Below, piece after piece: positions 17,000 to 29,866 of a stretch of 38,021 nucleotides of DNA. Source of the DNA: a virus. The notes below the pieces were generated by a model. It did no database searches, was not told the origin of the DNA, and saw only the letters and a list, made by a program, of their open reading frames with translations. Numbering within the stretch: position 1 is the stretch's first letter; each line of letters opens with the position of its first letter. The translations under genes were made by a program, and so were the position numbers. The DNA is taken from the UHGV virus genome UHGV-0070058; one strand, 5' to 3'.

Positions 17000-17377
17000 A
17001 TGCGTGATATTCAGATGGTTCTTGAGCGTTGGGGAGCGTGGGCGGCTAATAATCATGAAGATGTGACCTGGTCGTCCATTGCCGCCGGTTTTAAGGGATT
17101 AATTCCTTCAAAAGTAAAATCTCGCCCACAATGTTGTGACGATGACGCGATGATCATTTGCGGGTGCATGGCCCGTCTGAAAAAGAACAACAGCGATTTG
17201 CATGATTTATTGGTGGACTATTATGTCGGCGGCATGACTTTTATGGCGCTTGCACGTAAGCATGGGCGATCTGATTGTTGGGTTGGCAGGATGCTCCAGA
17301 AAGCTGAGGGCGTAGTGGAGGGTATGCTGATGGTGTTGGATCTCCGATTGGAGATGGATGCTGATTGTTCGAAATAA
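17000..17377 (+). CDS. Q: Late-gene antiterminator Q (QuuD/82-type)
   Basis: ATG at 17000 with GGAG Shine-Dalgarno; protein ([26 protein letters not shown]...) matches DLP12 QuuD; Cys-rich zinc-binding segment. Confidence 0.9.
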   Translation: MRDIQMVLERWGAWAANNHEDVTWSSIAAGFKGLIPSKVKSRPQCCDDDAMIICGCMARLKKNNSDLHDLLVDYYVGGMTFMALARKHGRSDCWVGRMLQKAEGVVEGMLMVLDLRLEMDADCSK

Positions 17378-17475
17378 TTAAAGGAAAAGTTGCTGTCTGA
17401 TTGTCATTAGTCTAACATTTTAAATGTTGGAATCGCAACGTAGTTATTATCATATAACAGCTTGTTTCCTGATTT
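17378..17475 (+). promoter_or_regulatory. Putative late promoter pR' / qut region
   Basis: Positional: non-coding stretch directly downstream of Q and upstream of a strong terminator; promoter hexamers not confidently assigned. Confidence 0.4.
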
Positions 17476-17505
17476 AGCCAGCCTCCCCAAAGGCTGGTTT
17501 TTTTC
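17476..17505 (+). terminator. tR'-like rho-independent terminator
   Basis: Hairpin CCAGCCT-CCCCAA-AGGCTGG followed by TTTTTTT. Confidence 0.75.
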
Positions 17506-17532
17506 TAATAAGTATTATTTCGGGTAGGGATT

Positions 17533-18057
17533 TTATTGTTTAACCCATAATAATTCATTGACATTGAATCCCAACTTTTGAGCGGTTCGCGCATAGTCTG
17601 CTTTTACTTTATCTGGAATAGTTGGGGTCCTTGCCAGAATCCATAGGTATTCTCTGTTCGGACCACTGACAAGAGCATACTTATACTCATCATCCAGTTT
17701 GATTACATTATAGCCACCATAGAAGGGGCCAAAAAACGAAACCTTCAACGCTGCAGTTTTAGTATCTCCAGTAAAGTATGCTTTACCTTCGCTCTCGCTC
17801 CATTTATTTTTCGTTGGATCGTATCCACGGTTAAGTACACGAATCCCTCCGTCGTTCCGTTTTCCATAAGTAGCGCTGACCTGTTCCAGACCACGTTCGA
17901 ACCGGTTCTCGAGGCGAGCTATTTCATACCATTTTCCGAGGTAGCGGTTGGCGTCAAAATTTGTAATCGGCTGCACACCTTTAGGTGGTGTCGGGGCCTT
18001 ACATGCTATAAGAGTGAAAGAGAGTGCAATGCCAGTCAACACAGGCCATAACTTCAT
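17533..18057 (-). CDS. blc: Outer-membrane lipoprotein lipocalin (Blc-like)
   Basis: 174 aa; lipobox LIAC; motifs NFDANRYLGKWYEIAR and KVSFFGPFYGGYNVI match E. coli Blc as recalled. Confidence 0.85.
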   Translation of the reverse strand: MKLWPVLTGIALSFTLIACKAPTPPKGVQPITNFDANRYLGKWYEIARLENRFERGLEQVSATYGKRNDGGIRVLNRGYDPTKNKWSESEGKAYFTGDTKTAALKVSFFGPFYGGYNVIKLDDEYKYALVSGPNREYLWILARTPTIPDKVKADYARTAQKLGFNVNELLWVKQ

Positions 18058-18249
18058 AATAAATCCTGTACTTTTGATAGTTGAGAGTAAGTATGAAAGA
18101 TAGATGATTACGACCGATCACTTAAAGAACTTTCATACTATATTAGGAATAGTCCATAACAGAAAAATTGTCAGTGATGACGCCAGAAAGGCAATTTATT
18201 CCGTGCACTACACAGTTTATGTGTTAATGAATTAGTCAAGGGGGAGAAT

Positions 18250-19209
18250 ATGATAAAAAAACCTGTGATTGGAATCAGCGGTTGTTTGGCCGGTTCTGCT
18301 GTTCGTTTTGATGGTGGTCACAAAAGAGCTGACTTTTTAATGGACAAATTAGTGGAATGGGTAACATTCAGACCAGTATGTCCGGAAATGGCTATAGGGC
18401 TGCCAGTTCCGCGTCCTGCTCTACGTCTTGTGCGCTCGACGCAAGGAAATATACGGATGTGTTTCAGCTACGACCAGAATGAGGATGTGACAGAGAGAAT
18501 GACAGAGTTTAGTCGTTCTTATATGGACAAATTAAAGGATGTATCGGGGTTTGTGGTTTGTGCTAAATCTCCCAGCTGTGGCATGGAGCGCGTGCGTGTC
18601 TATGATGAAAATGGTAATCGAGGTCGTAAAGATGGAGTGGGACTATTTACGAGCACTTTGATGGAAAAGTTTTCCTGGCTACCGGTTGAAGAGGATGGGC
18701 GATTACATGATCCAGTGCTTCGTGAGAATTTTGTTGAAAGAGTTTTTGCTTTGCATGAGCTCAATCACCTTTACAAGGAGAAATTATCAAGAAGAGAGTT
18801 ATTAGCTTTTCATAGTCGTTATAAGCTTCAGTTGTTGGCGCATAGTCAGGCAGGCTATAAAGATATGGGACCATTTGTGGCTGCAATACACGAGTGGGCG
18901 GACCTTGAATCATACTTTGAGGTGTATCGTGATAAGCTGATGGCGATTCTCAGAAAACCTGCATCACGTAAAAATCACACGAATGTGCTGATGCATATAC
19001 AGGGGTATTTTAGTAACTACTTAAGTACACGCCAGCGTAAAGAGTTGAGTGAGGTTATACTTAACTATCGTTCTGGCACATTGCCTCTTCTTGCGCCGTT
19101 GACTCTGCTGAAGCATTATCTGGGTGAGTATCCTAATGATTACTTGCTTACACAGAATTACTTCGATCCCTATCCGGACGAACTGGCTCTAAGACTGATG
19201 GTAAATTAA
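18250..19209 (+). CDS. DUF523/DUF1722 (YbgA-like) two-domain protein
   Basis: 319 aa; N-terminal Cys-containing DUF523-like region (GISGCLAG...CPE...SPSCG), C-terminal YbgA-like region; GGGAG Shine-Dalgarno. Confidence 0.6.
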   Translation: MIKKPVIGISGCLAGSAVRFDGGHKRADFLMDKLVEWVTFRPVCPEMAIGLPVPRPALRLVRSTQGNIRMCFSYDQNEDVTERMTEFSRSYMDKLKDVSGFVVCAKSPSCGMERVRVYDENGNRGRKDGVGLFTSTLMEKFSWLPVEEDGRLHDPVLRENFVERVFALHELNHLYKEKLSRRELLAFHSRYKLQLLAHSQAGYKDMGPFVAAIHEWADLESYFEVYRDKLMAILRKPASRKNHTNVLMHIQGYFSNYLSTRQRKELSEVILNYRSGTLPLLAPLTLLKHYLGEYPNDYLLTQNYFDPYPDELALRLMVN

Positions 19210-19560
19210 TTGTATGCAATATCATCCAAAAGGATGAGTTCCTGCATGCAGGATATTTACAATCGTAAAAACTACACTATGATACCCAGAGTGTCAGTTT
19301 GTATAAAAACTCTGTTTACGCTGAAGAAACCATTGAGATGCAACTTAAAGTTGGTAAACATGTCAGTCAAAATATATAATATTATGATTCCACGCAGCTA
19401 TATATAATATAACAGATTGGTTTAATAATTTGTCTTTGTGAGTTAAATACATAATTTTATACTTGTGATGCAATGAGATTTTCCTTATTGTTGAACTGGC
19501 GAATATTGATTTTCCACCTATACTTACCTGGTGTAACCCCAATGATATCAGGTGGATAAT

Positions 19561-20291
19561 ATGCCATACATATGTTCTATCATTTTGGTGTTGAACTCGT
19601 TTGATGTCCGAATTGGTAAAGAAGATATTTTGTTTAAAAAAGGAAGTGCTGTTCTCATTGATTACAATTTAAAAGATTTTTTTCACCAAATATAGATCAT
19701 GTAATGATCGTAGATGTTGAAGAGAAAACAGTTAATGATTTCTTTAAAAGCAACACACTCTCACCTTTTTCTGTAAGAAGGTTTTATCCGGCATACTTGA
19801 TGGTGGAATGTGAAGATTTTTCATTGTTAAAGAACTTGATTGCATGCTTGAATTGTGATGGCAGAACTGTGGATTTTGTTAGAAATCAAATATCACTTGC
19901 ATGTCTTGCTATCTTATCTTCAGAGAAAATAGTGCAAAGTTTTTTATTTGGATGTCTTAATAGTTTAGGAAGTAAAGTTAAGGCTATTATTCACACGGAT
20001 ATATCTGCAGCATGGAGACTTTGTGATATATCTTCAAGACTGTATCTGAGTGAAAGTCTGTTAAAAAGAAAATTAAAGCACGAAGGCTTATCATTTAGTA
20101 AGTTAATTCTTGAAGAGCGAATGGTGATGGCGGAAAGGTTATTAAGCTACAATTTATATTCTGTTGGAAAAGTTGCTGAGATATGCGGTTATGAAAACAC
20201 GTCATATTTTGTAAGTGTTTTCAGAAGATATTTTGGTGTTCCTCCCCATCAATATTCATCAAGATTTTTTTTAGAAAAAGAAATGATGTAA
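19561..20291 (+). pseudogene. appY: AppY-like AraC-family regulator, split by a frameshift near 19662-19695
   Basis: N-terminal 45 codons (MPYICSIILVLNSFDVRIGKEDILFKKGSAVLIDYNLKDFFHQI, ATG 19561) resemble the AppY N-terminus; the C-terminal AraC HTH domain (19704-20291) is in a different frame; the frames overlap around a T7 homopolymer (19675-19681). Confidence 0.6.
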
Positions 20292-20353
20292 CGTGATGCG
20301 TTTTAATGATTTTGTGATTTTCGTATTTGATAATTGTATGATGCTTTCAGCTA

Positions 20354-20383
20354 CGCCAGAATAATCGCTGGCGTTTTTCTTTT
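20354..20383 (+). terminator. Rho-independent terminator downstream of the appY-like gene
   Basis: Hairpin CGCCAG-loop-CTGGCG followed by TTTTTCTTTTT. Confidence 0.55.
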
Positions 20384-20480
20384 TGAATAGATGTTCAAGC
20401 CTTACGCTAATGTAACTTCTATACCTTTCCCTCTTCGTTCCGAACCGTGTACACCATCCGTTATTTGCGGAGGTGAGGCT

Positions 20481-20696
20481 ATGAAATCCATGGACAAGTT
20501 AACAACGGGCATTGCCTACGGCACCTCCGCAGGCAGTGCTGGCTACTGGTTTTTACAGTGGCTTGATCAGGTCAGTCCATCACAGTGGGCTGCTATTGGT
20601 GTGCTGGGAAGTCTGGTTCTGGGCTTCCTGACTTATCTGACAAATCTGTACTTCAAAATCAGAGAAGACAAGCGTAAGGCTGCGAGAGGTGAATAA
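20481..20696 (+). CDS. essD: Holin (EssD/phage-21 S-like) with dual-start motif
   Basis: ATG at 20481 with GGAGGTGAGG Shine-Dalgarno; MKSMDKL dual-Met start; two hydrophobic helices; charged C-terminus; matches DLP12 EssD. Confidence 0.9.
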   Translation: MKSMDKLTTGIAYGTSAGSAGYWFLQWLDQVSPSQWAAIGVLGSLVLGFLTYLTNLYFKIREDKRKAARGE

Positions 20697-21193
20697 TGTC
20701 GCCATCATTACGCAAGGCTGTTGCAGCTGCTATTGGTGGTGGGGCTGTTGCCATAGCGTCTGTGCTTATCACTGGTCCGAGTGGTGACGATGGTCTGGAA
20801 GGTGTCAGCTACATACCATATAAAGATATCGTTGGCGTATGGACTGTATGTTACGGGCACACCGGAAAAGACATTATGCTCGGTAAAACGTATACCGAAG
20901 CAGAATGCAAAGCCCTCCTGAATAAAGACCTTGCCACTGTCGCCAGACAAATTAACCCGTACATCAAAGTCGATATACCGGAAACAACGCGCGGCGCTCT
21001 TTACTCGTTCGTCTATAACGTGGGCGCAGGCAATTTCAGAACATCTACTCTTCTTCGCAAAATAAACCAGGGCGATATCAAGGGCGCATGTGACCAGCTA
21101 CGTCGATGGACATACGCTGGCGGTAAGCAATGGAAAGGCCTGATGACTCGTCGTGAGATTGAGCGTGAGGTCTGTTTGTGGGGGCAACAATGA
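20696..21193 (+). CDS. SAR endolysin (T4-lysozyme-like GH24 with N-terminal signal-anchor-release domain)
   Basis: 165 aa; Gly/Ala-rich N-terminal hydrophobic segment [16 protein letters not shown]; catalytic E-8aa-D-5aa-T triad ([16 protein letters not shown]); start overlaps the holin stop (TAATG). Confidence 0.9.
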   Translation: MSPSLRKAVAAAIGGGAVAIASVLITGPSGDDGLEGVSYIPYKDIVGVWTVCYGHTGKDIMLGKTYTEAECKALLNKDLATVARQINPYIKVDIPETTRGALYSFVYNVGAGNFRTSTLLRKINQGDIKGACDQLRRWTYAGGKQWKGLMTRREIEREVCLWGQQ

Positions 21194-21627
21194 GCAGGGT
21201 AACCGCGATTATCTCCGTTCTGGTTATCTGCATCATCGTCTGCCTGTCATGGGCTATTAATCATTACCGTGATAACGCCATCGCCTACAAAGACCAGCGC
21301 GATAAAGCCACATCCATCATCGCTGATATGCAGAAGCGTCAACGTGATGTAGCAGAACTCGATGCCAGATATACAAAGGAGCTTGCTGATGCTAACGCGA
21401 CTATCGAAAGTCTCCGTGATGATGTTTCTGCTGGGCGTAAGCGGCTGCAAGTCGCCGCCTCCTGTGCAAAGTCAAAGACCGGAGCCAGCGGCATGGGCGA
21501 TGGAGAAAGCCCAAGACTTACAGCAGATGCTGAACTCAATTATTACCGTCTCCGAAGTGGAATCGACAGGATAACCGCGCAGGTTAACTACTTGCAGGAG
21601 TACATTAGGACGCAGTGCTTAAAATAA
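21190..21627 (+). CDS. Rz: Rz inner-membrane spanin subunit
   Basis: ATG overlaps the endolysin stop (ATGA); N-terminal TM helix then a coiled-coil-rich periplasmic domain. Confidence 0.85.
   Translation: MSRVTAIISVLVICIIVCLSWAINHYRDNAIAYKDQRDKATSIIADMQKRQRDVAELDARYTKELADANATIESLRDDVSAGRKRLQVAASCAKSKTGASGMGDGESPRLTADAELNYYRLRSGIDRITAQVNYLQEYIRTQCLK
21389..21574 (+). CDS. Rz1: Rz1 outer-membrane lipoprotein spanin subunit, embedded in Rz in the +1 frame
   Basis: ORF inside Rz in another frame; signal peptide with lipobox LLGVSGC and a Pro-rich mature region; start codon uncertain (21389 or 21419). Confidence 0.65.
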   Translation: MLTRLSKVSVMMFLLGVSGCKSPPPVQSQRPEPAAWAMEKAQDLQQMLNSIITVSEVESTG

Positions 21628-21665
21628 TTTTAATTTCACTGAAATTTAACAAGTGACTTTCAGGA

Positions 21666-21694
21666 AAATGCCTCGCAGATGCGGGGCATTTTTG
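21666..21694 (+). terminator. Rho-independent terminator downstream of the lysis cassette
   Basis: Hairpin AATGCCTCGC-AGAT-GCGGGGCATT followed by TTTTT. Confidence 0.6.
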
Positions 21695-21845
21695 TACCGG
21701 TATTTCACCGCGCACCGCAGCGCACAATAACCACCGAACCTGACCCTTTGGAATGGGTCTTTGAGGATACCAGTTAGTGCTGGCGAGCCTCGGTGGGCTG
21801 GTTTCCTGTGCGGCAAAGGTTCATTTCGAAGTAGCAGGTAACGCC

Positions 21846-22394
21846 ATGAATGAATTAATTGTGAATCATGACTTTGACTTTCGCCAGTTAGTTACCGCAG
21901 CAGAAGGTCAACCGGTAACTGACACCTTCCAGATCGCAAAGGCTTTTGGTAAGCGTCACGCGGACGTATTGAGGGCGCTGAAAAATTGTCATTGCTCTGA
22001 GGATTTCCGGAGCGCGCATTTTTTCGTTGCCGAAAAAATCAATGACTTAGGGATTTTCGACAAGAAACAGATTTACTACCGCATGGACTTTAGTGGCTTC
22101 GTTATGCTGGTCATGGGATTTAATGGCGCAAAAGCCGACGCCGTTAAAGAGGCCTATATAAATGCCTTTAACTGGATGTCAGCAGAACTCCGTAAGTACA
22201 GCGAAAGTTATGAAGCAGAACGCAACGCCATAATGCTGGAGTATATGAAAGAGAAGGATGTCGCCAGTATGTCTGGCCGGCTGCTCAATCGCTGGGGAAG
22301 AACGAAAAAACCTCAATTGCTTGCAAAGCTGAAACGCCTGGAGAGACAGGGACAGTTTTTATTACCGGGATTCGATAAGGGTATTCAAGTCTGA
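21846..22394 (+). CDS. rha: Rha-family phage regulatory protein
   Basis: ATG at 21846; N-terminal segment (VTDTFQIAKAFGKRHADVLRAL) typical of the Rha family; the track's longer ORF begins at an upstream non-ATG codon. Confidence 0.7.
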   Translation: MNELIVNHDFDFRQLVTAAEGQPVTDTFQIAKAFGKRHADVLRALKNCHCSEDFRSAHFFVAEKINDLGIFDKKQIYYRMDFSGFVMLVMGFNGAKADAVKEAYINAFNWMSAELRKYSESYEAERNAIMLEYMKEKDVASMSGRLLNRWGRTKKPQLLAKLKRLERQGQFLLPGFDKGIQV

Positions 22395-22666
22395 CACATC
22401 ATGCGCAGTATCGTCGCTGTATTCCCGCATTAACCATGACCGTAGCCCGACGGGGAATTCCTTCTGCGTGAGTGTGCGGGAATAATCAAAAACGATGCAC
22501 ACCGGGTTTTTACCGCGTTTATGGTGCGCGGGTTTGTCCCTCATGCTCGCCAGTCCTGTGCGAGGGTGGAAGAAACAGGACGTGTATTCAGGTCTGTCAG
22601 ATATTGAATTCATTGCGAATAAACCTGAACGCCTGCGGGTCCTTTCCGGCGATCCGACAGGTTACG

Positions 22667-22678
22667 GGGCGGCGACCT
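22667..22678. other. cos: cosN cohesive-end site (12-nt GGGCGGCGACCT) with cosB/IHF region extending toward nu1
   Basis: Sequence ...GATCCGACAGGTTACG|GGGCGGCGACCT|CGCGGGTTTTCGC... matches the lambda right-end/left-end junction; downstream sequence to the nu1 start matches lambda cosB from memory. Confidence 0.9.
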
Positions 22679-22855
22679 CGCGGGTTTTCGCTATTTATGA
22701 AAATTTTCCGGTTTAAGGTGTTTCCGTTCTTCTTCGTCGTAACTTAATGTTTTTATTTAAAATACCCCCTGAAAAGAAAGGAAACGACAGGTGCTGAAAA
22801 CGGGCTTTTTGGCCTTTGTCGTTTCCTTTCTCTGTTTTTGTCCGTGGAATGAACA

Positions 22856-23375
22856 ATGGAAGTCAACAAAAAGCAGCTGGCTGACATTTTCGGTGCGAGT
22901 ATCCGTACCATTCAGAACTGGCAGGAACAGGGAATGCCCGTTCTGCGAGGCGGTGGCAAGGGTAATGAGGTGCTTTATGACTCTGCCGCCGTTATAAAAT
23001 GGTATGCCGAAAGGGATGCTGAAATTGAGAACGAAAAGCTGCGCCGGGAAGTTGAAGAACTGCGGCAGGCCAGCGAGACAGATCTCCAGCCAGGGACTAT
23101 TGAGTACGAACGCCATCGACTTACGCGTGCGCAGGCCGACGCACAGGAACTGAAGAATGCCAGAGACTCAGCTGAAGTGGTGGAAACCGCATTCTGTACT
23201 TTCGTGCTGTCGCGGATCGCAGGTGAAATTGCCAGTATTCTCGACGGGATCCCCCTGTCGGTGCAGCGGCGTTTTCCGGAACTGGAAAACCGACATGTTG
23301 ATTTCCTGAAACGGGATATCATCAAAGCCATGAACAAAGCAGCCGCGCTGGATGAACTGATACCGGGGTTGCTGA

Positions 23376-23401
<26 letters not shown>
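22856..23401 (+). CDS. nu1: Terminase small subunit Nu1
   Basis: 181-aa protein recognised as near-identical to lambda Nu1. Confidence 0.97.
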
Positions 23402-27082
<3,681 letters not shown>

Positions 27083-27102
<20 letters not shown>

Positions 27103-28402
27103 TCTCCCGCATATTGCCAGCATGGCTTTTAATGAGCCGCTGATGCTTGAACCCGCCTATGCGCGGGTTTTCTTTTGTGCGCTTGCAGGCCAGCTTGGGA
27201 TCAGCCGCCTGACGGATGCAGTATCCGGCGACAGCCTGACTGCCGGAGAGGCACCCGCGGCGCTGGCGTTATCCGGTGATGATGACGGACCACGACAGGC
27301 CCGCAGTTATCAGGTCATGAACGGCATCGCCGTGCTGCCGGTGTCCGGTACGCTGGTCAGCCGGACGCGGGCGCTGCAGCCGTATTCGGGAATGACCGGT
27401 TACAACGGCATTATCGCCCGTCTGCAACAGGCTGCCAGCGATCCGATGGTGGACGGCATTCTGCTGGATATGGACACACCGGGCGGGATGGTGGCGGGAG
27501 CATTTGACTGTGCTGACATCATCGCCCGTGTGCGTGACATAAAACCGGTATGGGCGCTTGCCAACGACATGAACTGCAGTGCAGGTCAGTTGCTTGCCAG
27601 TGCCGCCTCCCGGCGTCTGGTCACGCAGACCGCCCGGACAGGCTCCATCGGCGTCATGATGGCTCACAGTAATTACGGTGCTGCGCTGGAGAAACAGGGC
27701 GTGGAAATCACGCTGATTTACAGCGGCAGCCATAAGGTGGATGGCAACCCCTACAGCCATCTTCCGGATGACGTCCGGGAGACACTGCAGTCCCGGATGG
27801 ATGCAACCCGCCGGATGTTTGCGCAGAAGGTGTCGGCATATACCGGCCTGTCCGTGCAGGCTGTGCTGGATACCGAGGCTGCAGTGTACAGCGGTCAGGA
27901 GGCCATTGATGCCGGACTGGCTGATGAACTTGTCAACAGCACCGATGCGATCACCGTTATGCGTGAGGCACTGGATGCACGTAAATCCCGTCTCTCAGGA
28001 GGGCGAATGACCAAAGAGACTCAATCAACAACTGTTTCAGCCACTGCTTTGCAGGCTGACGTTACTGACGTGGTGTCAGCGACAGAGGGCGAGAACGCCA
28101 GCGCGGCGCAGCCGGACGTGAACGCACAGATCACCGCAGCGGTTGCGGCAGAAAACAGCCGCATTATGGGGATCCTCAATTGTGAGGAGGCTCACGGACG
28201 CGAAGAACAGGCCCGCGTGCTGGCAGAAACCCCCGGTATGACCGTGGAAACGGCCCGCCGCATTCTGGCCGCAGCACCACAGAGTGCACAGGCGCGCAGT
28301 GACACTGCGCTGGATCGTCTGATGCAGGGGGCACCGACACCGCTGGCGGCAGGTAACCCGGCATCTGATGCCGTTAACGATTTGCTGAACACACCAGTGT
28401 AA
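27083..28402 (+). CDS. C: Head protease/scaffold C (with nested in-frame Nu3 scaffold)
   Basis: GTG start at 27083 giving MTAELRNLPHIASMAFNEPL... as in lambda gpC; ClpP/S49-like region; Nu3 is encoded in frame within the 3' portion in lambda. Confidence 0.93.
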
Positions 28403-28411
28403 GGGATGTTT

Positions 28412-28744
28412 ATGACGAGCAAAGAAACCTTTACCCATTACCAGCCGCTGGGCAACAGTGACCCGGCTCATACCGCAACCGCGCCCGGCGGATTGAGTGC
28501 GAAAGCGCCTGCAATGACCCCGCTGATGCTGGACACCTCCACCCGTAAGCTGGTTGCTTGGGATGGCACCACCGACGGTGCTGCCGTTGGCATTCTGGCG
28601 GTTGCTGCTGACCAGACCAGCACCACACTGACGTTCTACAAGTCCGGCACGTTCCGTTATGAGGATGTGCTCTGGCCGGAGGCTGCCAGCGACGAGACGA
28701 AAAAACGGACCGCGTTTGCCGGAACGGCAATCAGCATCGTTTAA
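28412..28744 (+). CDS. D: Head decoration protein D
   Basis: ATG at 28412 ([12 protein letters not shown]...) with AAGGG Shine-Dalgarno 6 nt upstream; near-identical to lambda gpD. Confidence 0.95.
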   Translation: MTSKETFTHYQPLGNSDPAHTATAPGGLSAKAPAMTPLMLDTSTRKLVAWDGTTDGAAVGILAVAADQTSTTLTFYKSGTFRYEDVLWPEAASDETKKRTAFAGTAISIV

Positions 28745-28799
28745 CCTGACCCTTCATCACTAAAGGCCGCCTGTGCGGCTTTTTTTACGGGATTTTTTT

Positions 28800-29825
28800 A
28801 TGTCGATGTACACAACCGCCCAGCTGCTGGCGGCAAATGAGCAGAAATTTAAGTTTGATCCGCTGTTTCTGCGTCTCTTTTTCCGTGAGAGCTATCCCTT
28901 CACTACGGAGAAAGTCTATCTCTCACAAATTCCGGGACTGGTAAACATGGCGCTGTACGTTTCGCCGATTGTTTCCGGTGAGGTTATCCGTTCCCGTGGC
29001 GGCTCCACCTCTGAATTTACGCCGGGATATGTCAAGCCGAAGCATGAAGTGAATCCGCAGATGACCCTGCGTCGCCTGCCGGATGAAGATCCGCAGAATC
29101 TGGCGGACCCGACTTACCGCCGCCGTCGCATCATCATGCAGAACATGCGTGACGAAGAGCTGGCCATTGCTCAGGTCGAAGAGATGCAGGCAGTTTCTGC
29201 CGTGCTTAAGGGCAAATACACCATGACCGGTGAAGCCTTCGATCCGGTTGAGGTGGATATGGGCCGCAGTGAGGCGAATAACATCACGCAGTCCGGCGGC
29301 ACGGAGTGGAGCAAGCGTGACAAGTCCACGTATGACCCGACAGACGATATCGAAGCCTACGCGCTGAACGCCAGCGGTGTGGTGAATATCATCGTGTTTG
29401 ATCCGAAAGGCTGGGCGCTGTTCCGTTCCTTCAAAGCCGTCAGGGAGAAGCTGGATACCCGTCGCGGCTCTCATTCCGAGCTGGAGACAGCGGTAAAAGA
29501 CCTGGGCAAAGCGGTGTCCTATAAGGGAATGTATGGCGATGTGGCCATCGTCGTGTATTCCGGACAGTACGTGGAAAACGGCGTCAAAAAGAACTTCCTG
29601 CCGGACAACACGATGGTGCTGGGGAACACTCAGGCACGCGGTCTGCGCACCTATGGCTGCATTCAGGATGCGGACGCACAGCGCGAAGGCATTAACGCCT
29701 CTGCCCGCTACCCGAAAAACTGGGTGACCACCGGCGATCCGGCGCGTGAGTTCACCATGATTCAGTCAGCACCGCTGATGCTGCTGGCTGACCCTGATGA
29801 GTTCGTGTCCGTACAACTGGCGTAA
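28800..29825 (+). CDS. E: Major capsid protein E
   Basis: ATG at 28800 (MSMYTTAQLLAANEQ...); near-identical to lambda gpE; preceded by a GGCCGC...GCGGC-TTTTTTT hairpin. Confidence 0.97.
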   Translation: MSMYTTAQLLAANEQKFKFDPLFLRLFFRESYPFTTEKVYLSQIPGLVNMALYVSPIVSGEVIRSRGGSTSEFTPGYVKPKHEVNPQMTLRRLPDEDPQNLADPTYRRRRIIMQNMRDEELAIAQVEEMQAVSAVLKGKYTMTGEAFDPVEVDMGRSEANNITQSGGTEWSKRDKSTYDPTDDIEAYALNASGVVNIIVFDPKGWALFRSFKAVREKLDTRRGSHSELETAVKDLGKAVSYKGMYGDVAIVVYSGQYVENGVKKNFLPDNTMVLGNTQARGLRTYGCIQDADAQREGINASARYPKNWVTTGDPAREFTMIQSAPLMLLADPDEFVSVQLA

Positions 29826-29866
29826 TCATGGCCCTTCGGGGCCATTGTTTCTCTGTGGAGGAGTCC

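Noticed and set aside
19210-19407. 65-aa ORF in the AT-rich region upstream of the appY-like gene
   Set aside because: Extremely AT-rich, low-complexity translation, no RBS; more likely a promoter/H-NS-binding region.
9822-20400. Insertion sequence or transposase flanking the adhesin/esterase or blc/appY cargo
   Set aside because: No transposase-like ORF and no terminal inverted repeats with target-site duplications could be recognised by eye; the cargo appears to be a moron-type insertion with its own terminators.
22472-22747. Plus-strand ORFs 22472-22747 and 22495-22716 spanning the cos site
   Set aside because: They run across cosN/cosB, which is non-coding in lambda and interrupted in linear virion DNA.
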